DNA of 27,463 nucleotides, taken from Patescibacteria group bacterium (GTDB lineage: Bacteria; Patescibacteriota; Gracilibacteria; UBA1369; JAHJTR01). The notes below the pieces were generated by a model, which worked only from the letters and a program-made list of their open reading frames with translations, searched no databases and was not told the origin of the DNA. The position numbers and the translations under genes were made by a program. The stretch is from contig JAHJTR010000047.1 of NCBI GenBank assembly GCA_018829865.1, positions 1 through 27,463 on the forward strand, written 5' to 3'. Of this stretch, positions 9,904 to 17,238 are shown piece after piece (the first letter of the stretch is position 1; every line of letters starts with the position of its first letter).

Positions 9904-10009
9904 CTTATGTTGGAGCAGGGTTACAGCCTTATGTTGGAGCAGGATTGCATCCTGCTTCTTTCAGTTAGCTGAGTTGGAGCTGAGTTGGAGCAGAGTTGCA
10001 CTCTGCTCC
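9904..10009 (+). repeat. Cluster of REP-like palindromes (GTTGGAGCAG...CTGCTCC) between leuA and leuC
   Basis: Full hairpins at 9933-9958 (GGAGCAGGAT-TGC-ATCCTGCTTC) and 9984-10009 (GGAGCAGAGT-TGC-ACTCTGCTCC). Truncated heads at 9909 and 9973. Confidence 0.85.
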
Positions 10010-10022
10010 TCACCATAAAACC

Positions 10023-11552
10023 CTAAACCCCACTAAGCCCCTCTTCATGCTGCTGCTGAATTCTATATCGATTCACAACATCAATCAACGCATTAGCAAT
10101 AGCAGTAACAGTATCAGTACTGGTCCCTCTCCCCCTAATCTCCACATCATCAATCAACCACCCAATATTCGCATTGGCAATCGCATCTTTTTGTGGCGAA
10201 ATCGCATCAACATTAAACTTAGTCAAAACCCCTTCAAACCCGGTAACTTTAATTATCGCATTATAAACCGCATCAACAGATCCATTCCCCGTAGCCTTCC
10301 CCTCAATAACATCACCCCCAGCCTTAAGTTTAATTGTAGCAGTAGCCTTTTTCCCCGTCTGCGCCTCAACCTTCATCTCCTTAATTGCATAATACATCTC
10401 CTCATTTTTATCCTTCGTAAGCAAAATCAAATCATCATCATAAATATGTTTTTTACCATCAGCCAAATCCTTAAACTTCATCATAAACGCAGCAACATCA
10501 GCTTCCGCAATTTTAATCCCCAATTTATTAAGCCTGTCCAGCACAGCATTTCTACCCGAATGCTTACCCAAAACAAAATTAGTCTCATTCCACCCCACAT
10601 CATCCGGTTTCATTATTTCATAAGTAAATTTATTTTTGAGAAGCCCATGCTGATGAATTCCCGCCTCATGAGCAAACGCATTATCACCCACAATCGCCTT
10701 ATTAATCTGTACATGTTGACCGGTAATAGAGGAGAGCATCCGACTGGTTTTAAGCAAAAGCGGAGTGTTGATACCGGTACGAGCCTTAAAAAGTTCAGGC
10801 CGAGTTTTAATCGCCATCACAACTTCCTCCATTGCCGCATTCCCCGCTCTTTCCCCAATCCCATTAATTGTACATTCAATTTGCCGAGCCCCATTCAACG
10901 CTCCCGATAAACTATTCGCCACAGCCATTCCCAAATCATTATGGCAATGAGTCGAAATTATGCAATTTTTAATCCCGGGAACATTATTATTCAGGTACAA
11001 GATTAAATCACCGAATTCGGCAGGAGATAAATAGCCTACAGTATCAGGAATATTCAATGTATCAGCCCCTGCCTTTATCGCTTCGCTCAATATTTCCACC
11101 AAAAAATCCCGATCAGATCTACCGGCATCTTCCGGCGAAAAATCCACGCGATCACAATGCTTTTTACACTGCCGAATCGCCTCAACAGCTTTTTTAATAG
11201 CCTCATCTCGACTAATTTTTAATTTATATTCCAAATGGATATCACTGGTAGCAATAAAAACATGAATTCGAGGCTTCTTGGCTTTTTCAGTAGCCATTAA
11301 AGCCGCATCAATATCCCCCGAATGGCAACGAGCAAGCCCACAAACCTCAGTAGTCTTAAGCGACTTGGCAATTGACTCCACAGCCTCAAAATCATCACGG
11401 CTAGCAACAGGAAACCCCGCCTCAATCACATCCACTCCCAGCAATTCCAACTGATGCGCAAACCCCAACTTCTCCTCTTTATTCATCGAAAACCCCGGAG
11501 CTTGTTCGCCGTCACGCAAAGTAGTGTCAAAAATTTTAATTTTATCGGTCAC
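10023..11552 (-). CDS. leuA: 2-isopropylmalate synthase with C-terminal regulatory domain (509 aa, GTG start)
   Basis: DTTLRDGEQ, HCHNDLG, NGIGERAGN, HEAGIHQHG, GKHSGR. Context is the leu operon. Confidence 0.93.
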   Translation of the reverse strand: MTDKIKIFDTTLRDGEQAPGFSMNKEEKLGFAHQLELLGVDVIEAGFPVASRDDFEAVESIAKSLKTTEVCGLARCHSGDIDAALMATEKAKKPRIHVFIATSDIHLEYKLKISRDEAIKKAVEAIRQCKKHCDRVDFSPEDAGRSDRDFLVEILSEAIKAGADTLNIPDTVGYLSPAEFGDLILYLNNNVPGIKNCIISTHCHNDLGMAVANSLSGALNGARQIECTINGIGERAGNAAMEEVVMAIKTRPELFKARTGINTPLLLKTSRMLSSITGQHVQINKAIVGDNAFAHEAGIHQHGLLKNKFTYEIMKPDDVGWNETNFVLGKHSGRNAVLDRLNKLGIKIAEADVAAFMMKFKDLADGKKHIYDDDLILLTKDKNEEMYYAIKEMKVEAQTGKKATATIKLKAGGDVIEGKATGNGSVDAVYNAIIKVTGFEGVLTKFNVDAISPQKDAIANANIGWLIDDVEIRGRGTSTDTVTAIANALIDVVNRYRIQQQHEEGLSGV

Positions 11553-11583
11553 AATTTAATATTTAGAGAAAAAACGCTTGCTC

Positions 11584-11612
11584 ACTATACAAAATATGGC
11601 TGCCCGTCGCAA
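11584..11612 (-). promoter_or_regulatory. Putative sigma70 promoter of the leu/met operon
   Basis: Minus strand TTGCGA-N17-TATAGT. The -35 sits inside a short inverted repeat TGCCC-N8-GGGCA (11601-11618). Confidence 0.5.
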
Positions 11613-11693
11613 TGGGCAAAAATTTCGCATTAGCACATACACAAATTCTTAGCCTCAAATCCCCTAAAAATCTTCATCAACAAAATTAGCTGA

Positions 11694-12635
11694 TTATTCC
11701 TTTGGATTCGCAGCATCAAGATACTCATTTGTATCTGATATCCTTTGTTCTCCATCAATGCCAATACCGTCTAAAAATGATTTAACGCTGGCTCTTGGGA
11801 GCCCTCGCTCAGATAATGGTTTTGAAAATAGAGAAAATGAAACGGTATTTCTATCCCCTTCGTTTTGTTTTCCACAAAAAACAGCTTTATCCCTTAAATA
11901 ATTCAAAAATTTATAAAAAATTCTCAGATCTTCGATAATCAAACAAGCCAAATATTCAGGAGTGCAAAGCTTTTTTGTTGATGGATTTTTAGACATAAGT
12001 TCCTGATAAAAACAAATTTTGTTATTTATAACTTCTCTCATCCCTTCCGAAAGCGCAGGAAAGATATTATTGAAGTTAGTCGTATTAGGATTATTTTTAG
12101 AATTAATTACTCTTCTAATAATAGTCACATCAGCTTCTGTAATTTCAGTAATGCCATGAAAAGAATTAAGCCTTTCAATATCTCCCGGGGAAAATTGTTG
12201 TGATAACACTGCTGTTTCTGATCTGATTATCGGCATTAATGAATTAAAAGCATAAACTATTGCAGTCTGTGGTCTGTCATATTTTTCCTCTTTATCGGTA
12301 GTCAATACTGAACAAAGAAAATTATTATTTTCAGATCTATCGTCAAGCAATGACAATAACCATAACAAATCTTCAAGAGTTTTTAAATTATTTGTTTTAT
12401 TAGCTGTTAAACCGGCCACAAAATATTCAGGAATTTGAGTTGGTAGCCCATAATGGGCAGCCAAATCAAATAAATATTTAATCCAATCTTGATCAATTTT
12501 TGATTTAATACCATCTTTTGTTGAACAACGGGCATAATCTTGGATTTCTTCTTTAAGAGCTTTAATAAACCGCTCAAACTGTTCAACTATTTCATTTTTT
12601 TCTTCAGGAATTGCTCCTCGATCTAAATTAGACAT
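11694..12635 (-). CDS. Hypothetical protein (313 aa), no recognised family
   Basis: Long AT-rich ORF filling the gap between leuA and the aminotransferase, with its own promoter-like motif. Confidence 0.75.
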   Translation of the reverse strand: MSNLDRGAIPEEKNEIVEQFERFIKALKEEIQDYARCSTKDGIKSKIDQDWIKYLFDLAAHYGLPTQIPEYFVAGLTANKTNNLKTLEDLLWLLSLLDDRSENNNFLCSVLTTDKEEKYDRPQTAIVYAFNSLMPIIRSETAVLSQQFSPGDIERLNSFHGITEITEADVTIIRRVINSKNNPNTTNFNNIFPALSEGMREVINNKICFYQELMSKNPSTKKLCTPEYLACLIIEDLRIFYKFLNYLRDKAVFCGKQNEGDRNTVSFSLFSKPLSERGLPRASVKSFLDGIGIDGEQRISDTNEYLDAANPKE

Positions 12636-12661
12636 AAAAATAAATTAAATATTAAGCCAAA

Positions 12662-12690
12662 ATTATGCAATATAAAATAAGAACTGTCAA
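12662..12690 (-). promoter_or_regulatory. Putative sigma70 promoter of the 313-aa gene
   Basis: Minus strand TTGACA-N17-CATAAT. Confidence 0.55.
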
Positions 12691-12708
12691 TAGCATAAAT
12701 CATTAATA

Positions 12709-12737
12709 TTGAAATATCATCATTTCAAGCATATTCT
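12709..12737 (+). promoter_or_regulatory. Putative sigma70 promoter of the aminotransferase
   Basis: TTGAAA-N17-TATTCT, back-to-back with the divergent promoter. Confidence 0.5.
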
Positions 12738-12779
12738 GAAACCACAATAACAAAAAAATTACAGAATAAACTCAAAAAT

Positions 12780-14102
12780 ATGCAAAACACTAACCCTCAG
12801 GCGCAAGCCCTAAACGAAAAACTCAAAGAGATTAGCCCTACATGCTACGCTCTTCTTTCTCAAAAAGGACTAAAAAGCTTTTTTCCTAAAAAGGGGATTT
12901 TATCGCAAACAGCTGATGCCAAAGGCAAAAAGTACGATGCCACAATCGGCGTCGCCAATGAAGAAGACGGCTCTATTATGTATTTAAAGAGCGTTCAGCA
13001 AAATCTTAATCTCGATCCCAAAGATACCTATGCCTACGCGCCAAGCTACGGCCGCAAGGATTTGCGCGAAAAGTGGCAAAATATGATTTTGAGCAAAAAT
13101 CCATCTTTGCAGCAATTGCAGAGCGAAGCGCAAGAAATGCCGATCAGTATGCCGTTAGTTACAAATGCCCTAACACATGCCATAAGTATCATCGGCCAAG
13201 TTTTTCTTAATCCGGGCGACCAAGTAATTTCACCGGATCTTTATTGGGGTAACTACAATTTAATTTTGGGTAATGGATGCGATGCAACTCTCACAACTTT
13301 CAAAACATTCAAAAATAACAAGTTCAATATTGAAGGATTGAAAGAAAAGCTGAACGAGCCTGGAGATAAAAAAATCGTTATTCTCAATTTTCCAAATAAT
13401 CCAACAGGCTATACGCCCCTTAATGAAGAGGTTAATGATATTGTTGAAGCCCTAAAAAATACCGCCGAAAATGGCAAAAATATCATAGCAATCATTGATG
13501 ACGCATATTTTGGTTTGGTTTATGAAGAAGGAGTATTCACCGAATCGATTTTTAGCGCTCTAGCCAATGCCCATGAAAATATCCTGGCCATCAAAGCAGA
13601 CGGAGCCACCAAAGAAGACTACGTTTGGGGCTTCAGAGTCGGCTTTATCACATATGGCATTAAAGGTGGTAACGAAGAAATCTACAAAATTCTGGAAGAA
13701 AAAACCGCCGGAGCAGTTAGAGGCAATATCTCAAATGTATCGAATTTAGCGCAGAGCCTACTCCTCAAGGCCTATGAATCTCCTGATTACAATAATGAAA
13801 AGCAAGAAAAGTTCGAAATATTAAAAAAACGTTATCAAAAAGTTAAAGAAGTATTAAAAACCCACCCCGAATACAAAGACCACTTTGCGCAAATCCCTTA
13901 TAATTCCGGCTATTTCATGTGCGTAGAGCTAAATAAACTGGATGCCGAAGAAATGAGGCAACATCTACTAAAAAAATATGAAACGGGAATAATAGCGATT
14001 GGAGATAATGTTATCCGAGTAGCTTATTCCGGTCTGCCACTCAATCTAATTGAAGAACTATTTGAAAATATTTATAATGCATGCCGAGATTTATCTTCAT
14101 AA
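12780..14102 (+). CDS. Class I/II PLP-dependent aminotransferase, possibly aspartate aminotransferase (440 aa)
   Basis: LNFPNNPTGY, IIDDAYFGL, PLP-lysine region DGATKEDYVWGFRVG, C-terminal IRVAYS. Substrate is inferred only. Confidence 0.88.
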   Translation: MQNTNPQAQALNEKLKEISPTCYALLSQKGLKSFFPKKGILSQTADAKGKKYDATIGVANEEDGSIMYLKSVQQNLNLDPKDTYAYAPSYGRKDLREKWQNMILSKNPSLQQLQSEAQEMPISMPLVTNALTHAISIIGQVFLNPGDQVISPDLYWGNYNLILGNGCDATLTTFKTFKNNKFNIEGLKEKLNEPGDKKIVILNFPNNPTGYTPLNEEVNDIVEALKNTAENGKNIIAIIDDAYFGLVYEEGVFTESIFSALANAHENILAIKADGATKEDYVWGFRVGFITYGIKGGNEEIYKILEEKTAGAVRGNISNVSNLAQSLLLKAYESPDYNNEKQEKFEILKKRYQKVKEVLKTHPEYKDHFAQIPYNSGYFMCVELNKLDAEEMRQHLLKKYETGIIAIGDNVIRVAYSGLPLNLIEELFENIYNACRDLSS

Positions 14103-14192
14103 ATTATTAATCAAAAAAAAGCATCTAATAAGGATTTCTTGCCTTTTAAACTCCTAACTATAACCAGAAAAATATTAATTTAATACTAAATT

Positions 14193-15845
14193 ATGGAATC
14201 AACAACTCCCCCCGCACAATCCGGTAGTTCAAATGCCGCGAATCCTGTTACCTCTCCCCTGCAAGACCCACCAAGAACCGTTAGATCCGCGCAGATACTC
14301 GATGTAACAAACGAAAAGGTCTATTTTAACCTCCTTCCGACAGAATTGACTAAATTAGCTATAGAGCGCGGAGAGGGAGCAATAAGCAAAATGGGGGCTC
14401 TAACCATCAAAACTGGTGAATATACTGGTCGCTCACCAAACGATAGATTTATCGTAGAAACGGCTGACATAAAGGATAAAGTGAACTGGGGTAAGGTTAA
14501 TGTCGGTATTTCCGAAGCAAATTACGATAAGCTTTACGGTAAAATTACGAAATCATTATCCGCTAAAAAAGAATTATTTGTCTGTGACGGTTTCGCAGGC
14601 GCCGATCCTGAAAGTCGCATCAAGGTGCGCGTTATTAACAACACCGCAACCAGAAATCTCTTCATTTATAATCTGATGATCCGTCCGACTGAAGAAGAGT
14701 TAAAAACTTTCCAGCCGGATTTAACTATCATGGTTGATACCGAATGCAAGGCGGATCCGAATACAGATGGCACAAATTCAGAAGCATTTGTGGTTCTCAA
14801 TTTCAGCAAAAAGACAATTCTTATTGGCACAACCGGATATTGTGGCGAAATAAAAAAATCGATTTTCACCTACATGAACTATTATTTACCCGAAAAAGAT
14901 GAGCTACCCATGCATTGTTCGGCAAATCAGGGAAAAGGGGGAGACACTGCACTATTTTTTGGCTTGTCAGGTACCGGCAAAACCACTCTTTCAACAGATC
15001 CAAATCGTTTTTTAATCGGAGATGATGAGCATGGTTGGAATGCAAATGGAATTTTTAATTTTGAAGGAGGAAGTTACGCCAAGTGTATCAATTTAGATCC
15101 TAAGGCGGAGCCACTTATTTATAATGCAATTAAAGAAGGGTCGGTTGTAGAGAACGTTGTCATGGATCCCGAAACCAAAGAATACGATTTTGCAGACGCC
15201 TCATTAGCGGAGAATTCACGCGTCGGCTTCCCGATTGAGCACATCCCCGGAGCAATCACCTCGGGAATGGGCCAGCACCCGCGCACAATCATTTTTTTAA
15301 CCGCCGACGCATTCGGAGTACTACCTCCGGTAGCGCGTTTAAGCTGCGAGGGAGCCATGTATCATTTTATGTCCGGTTATACGAGTAAATTGGCCGGTAC
15401 GGAGCGCGGAATAAAAGAACCCCAAGCAGCATTCTCGTCTTTTTTCGGTGAACCTTTCATGCCCCAAAAACCTGTAGTTTACGCAGATCTCCTAAAAAAA
15501 TACATCACAACATTCGGCTGTAACGTATTTTTAATCAACACCGGCTGGTGCGGTGGCCCCTACGGAATTGGCAAAAGAATAAGCATCAAAGACACCCGTG
15601 CCATAGTAACAGCAACCCTAAATGGCAAAATCGACGGCGTAAGCTACAGAATCGACGATGTCTTTAATCTAGCTGTACCCGAAACGTGCCCCGATGTAGA
15701 CGATAAAATCCTAAGCCCAAGAAACACCTGGCAAGACAAAGATGCCTACGACAAACAAGCGCAGCAGTTAGCCCAAATGTTCAAAGATAATTTCGCAAAT
15801 TTCAAAGATATTCCTCAGGATATCAAAGATGCCGGCCCAAAATAA
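14193..15845 (+). CDS. pckA: Phosphoenolpyruvate carboxykinase (ATP) (550 aa)
   Basis: TGRSPNDRFIV, GEIKKSIF, MHCSAN, P-loop FFGLSGTGKTTLS, IGDDEHGW, FNFEGGSYAK. Confidence 0.97.
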   Translation: MESTTPPAQSGSSNAANPVTSPLQDPPRTVRSAQILDVTNEKVYFNLLPTELTKLAIERGEGAISKMGALTIKTGEYTGRSPNDRFIVETADIKDKVNWGKVNVGISEANYDKLYGKITKSLSAKKELFVCDGFAGADPESRIKVRVINNTATRNLFIYNLMIRPTEEELKTFQPDLTIMVDTECKADPNTDGTNSEAFVVLNFSKKTILIGTTGYCGEIKKSIFTYMNYYLPEKDELPMHCSANQGKGGDTALFFGLSGTGKTTLSTDPNRFLIGDDEHGWNANGIFNFEGGSYAKCINLDPKAEPLIYNAIKEGSVVENVVMDPETKEYDFADASLAENSRVGFPIEHIPGAITSGMGQHPRTIIFLTADAFGVLPPVARLSCEGAMYHFMSGYTSKLAGTERGIKEPQAAFSSFFGEPFMPQKPVVYADLLKKYITTFGCNVFLINTGWCGGPYGIGKRISIKDTRAIVTATLNGKIDGVSYRIDDVFNLAVPETCPDVDDKILSPRNTWQDKDAYDKQAQQLAQMFKDNFANFKDIPQDIKDAGPK

Positions 15846-15880
15846 ATTGTTTTAAATAGAAGCCGGAACTGTTTGCCTCG

Positions 15881-16066
15881 CCACCGTTGGAGCAGGGCAC
15901 CACCCGTTGGAGCAGGGCACCACCCGTTGGAGCGGAGTTGTACTACCCGTTGGAGCGGAGTTGTACTCCGCTCCTTTCCATTACCGTCGGAGCAGGGCTA
16001 CAGCCCTGCTCCTCCCCCAGCTTCCCCTTGTTGGAGCAGGATTGCATCCTGCTCCTCCCCCAGCTT
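15881..16066 (+). repeat. Second cluster of REP-like palindromes, six heads, downstream of pckA
   Basis: Heads GTYGGAGC at 15886, 15906, 15926, 15949, 15986 and 16030. Full perfect hairpins end at 15974, 16012 and 16055. The first three copies are truncated. The tail CTCCTCCCCCAGCTT occurs twice. Confidence 0.9.
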
Positions 16067-16162
16067 TTAAATCCAAACTCAAACCAACAAACACATCAAG
16101 AATTCAAAAACAGCTAATACATCGCTATAAATTATTAATTACAGTTTTTTGAAAGCTTTACC

Positions 16163-16191
16163 TAGACTTTATAACCCGTTTTTTGTATATT
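16163..16191 (+). promoter_or_regulatory. Putative promoter of tRNA-Ser(GCT)
   Basis: TAGACT-N17-TATATT, about 50 bp upstream of the tRNA. Confidence 0.45.
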
Positions 16192-16243
16192 TTGATAGCT
16201 TTCGACCAAAAGCTACTGATAAGAAATCAAAAACTATCATCAC

Positions 16244-16335
16244 GGAGAGGTGCCAGAGTGGTCGAACGGGGCTCCCTGCTAAGGAGTTAGCTTGAGCAAT
16301 CGGGCTCGAGGGTTCGAATCCCTCCCTCTCCGCCA
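16244..16335 (+). tRNA. tRNA-Ser (anticodon GCT)
   Basis: Acceptor GGAGAGG/CCTCTCC, G discriminator, encoded CCA, anticodon loop CTGCTAA, long variable arm AGCTTGA-GCAA-TCGGGCT, T-loop TTCGAAT. Confidence 0.97.
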
Positions 16336-16338
16336 GCA

Positions 16339-16486
16339 GTGAAAATTTCTCCGAAATTTTCACCCCTCGCCCCAAAGGCGAAATAGGCCGCTTTAAACAT
16401 TTGCGCAGCAAATATCCCTATCCCAAAACCTCGCCCCAAAGGCGAAATAGGCCGCTTTAAACATTTGCGCAGCAAATATCCCTATC
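16339..16486 (+). repeat. Perfect 11-bp inverted repeat followed by a perfect 58-bp direct repeat (2 copies) 3' of tRNA-Ser(GCT)
   Basis: GTGAAAATTTC-TCC-GAAATTTTCAC at 16339-16363. Identical copies at 16365-16422 and 16429-16486, separated by CCAAAA. Confidence 0.92.
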
Positions 16487-16509
16487 AAAAAATACATCAC
16501 ACATCCCAA

Positions 16510-16537
16510 TTGACAATCAATTCTACCTTGTTAATAT
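16510..16537 (+). promoter_or_regulatory. Putative extended -10 sigma70 promoter of the 165-aa gene
   Basis: TTGACA-N16-TAATAT with TG-n immediately before the -10. Confidence 0.55.
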
Positions 16538-16562
16538 ACATACAAACATATAAACAAAAAAA

Positions 16563-17060
16563 ATGGATCTAATAAAGCTAGCATCAGAGTTGTTGCTGGT
16601 GGTCGGTATAATGTTAATTATAACATCTATAGTAGTTGGTTTTAGACTTAAAAACCTTACATGCAGCCGAAATAACTGTGCTTCACTTTATGTTGTCATA
16701 GGTCTTCTTTTTTTCTTCCTGGCAGGCTACATTTACTATCTCCTAAGAATTGCGGACAGTTCATATATACTGGATACAAAGGACATTATTACATGTCTGG
16801 TTTTTTCACTCGGTGGTCTTTTTGTGATCTTGGTATTGAATACAAATCATAATTTATTGGTGAAGGAGTTAAATGATGCTGTTCATATCGAAGAAATCAA
16901 TGCCGCTCTTAGGCAAAAAAGCATTGAACTTGAGAAAGTTTTGGATGATCTTTTCGCAATTAGGACGGGAATGGATGGCGATTTTGACAAGGAAAAAATT
17001 AAGAAAGACAATAAAAAAATGAAAAAGCGAATTGATAAACTAAAAAACATTATAGTTTAA
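16563..17060 (+). CDS. Hypothetical membrane protein, 3 predicted TM helices plus a C-terminal coiled-coil (165 aa)
   Basis: Three hydrophobic stretches followed by a charged heptad-like tail. Upstream promoter motif. Confidence 0.75.
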   Translation: MDLIKLASELLLVVGIMLIITSIVVGFRLKNLTCSRNNCASLYVVIGLLFFFLAGYIYYLLRIADSSYILDTKDIITCLVFSLGGLFVILVLNTNHNLLVKELNDAVHIEEINAALRQKSIELEKVLDDLFAIRTGMDGDFDKEKIKKDNKKMKKRIDKLKNIIV

Positions 17061-17086
17061 TATGAATATTTCAGACTCTTTGTTAA

Positions 17087-17227
17087 ACGCTGGTCTTCGA
17101 GGGCAATATCCCCGTTAGTTTTAATATCGAAATGATGATTGCAGTTGGCAAACCGGGCAAAAAAACAGATCTCCCATTGAATCGTAAAAAGCTAGATAAA
17201 ATAGTATTTGAAGGTTCCTTTAAGTAA
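17087..17227 (+). pseudogene. C-terminal remnant of a nitroreductase-family gene
   Basis: A frame bounded by stops reads TLVFEGNIPVSFNIEMMIAVGKPGKKTDLPLNRKKLDKIVFEGSFK*. It resembles from memory the nitroreductase C-terminus (NIP..f.ie.MIAvGkPG...dLP...RK.l..iv.eg.f). No N-terminal part is present. Confidence 0.5.
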
Positions 17228-17238
17228 TTTAGGCAAAA

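Noticed and set aside
9996-10910. 304-aa plus-strand ORF (and similar ORFs at 569-1006, 8381-8944, 3258-3617)
   Set aside because: Antisense shadows of leuA, gdhA, leuC and leuB with S/P/I/N-biased, motif-free translations, explained by the codon bias of the real genes.
11553-11693. Leucine attenuator leader or T-box upstream of leuA; cobalamin riboswitch upstream of metH
   Set aside because: No Leu-codon-rich leader, T-box motif or terminator is visible, and only 37 bp precede metH.
15881-16066. CRISPR array
   Set aside because: Units are not identical, periods are 20, 20, 23, 37 and 44 bp with no unique 30-40-bp spacers, and no cas genes are present. Better explained as REP-like palindromes.
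15873-16475. Short ORFs over the REP cluster, tRNA-Ser(GCT) and the 58-bp repeat
   Set aside because: Their repetitive peptides (WSRAPPVG, MLRKCLKRP) are translations of the non-coding repeats and the tRNA.
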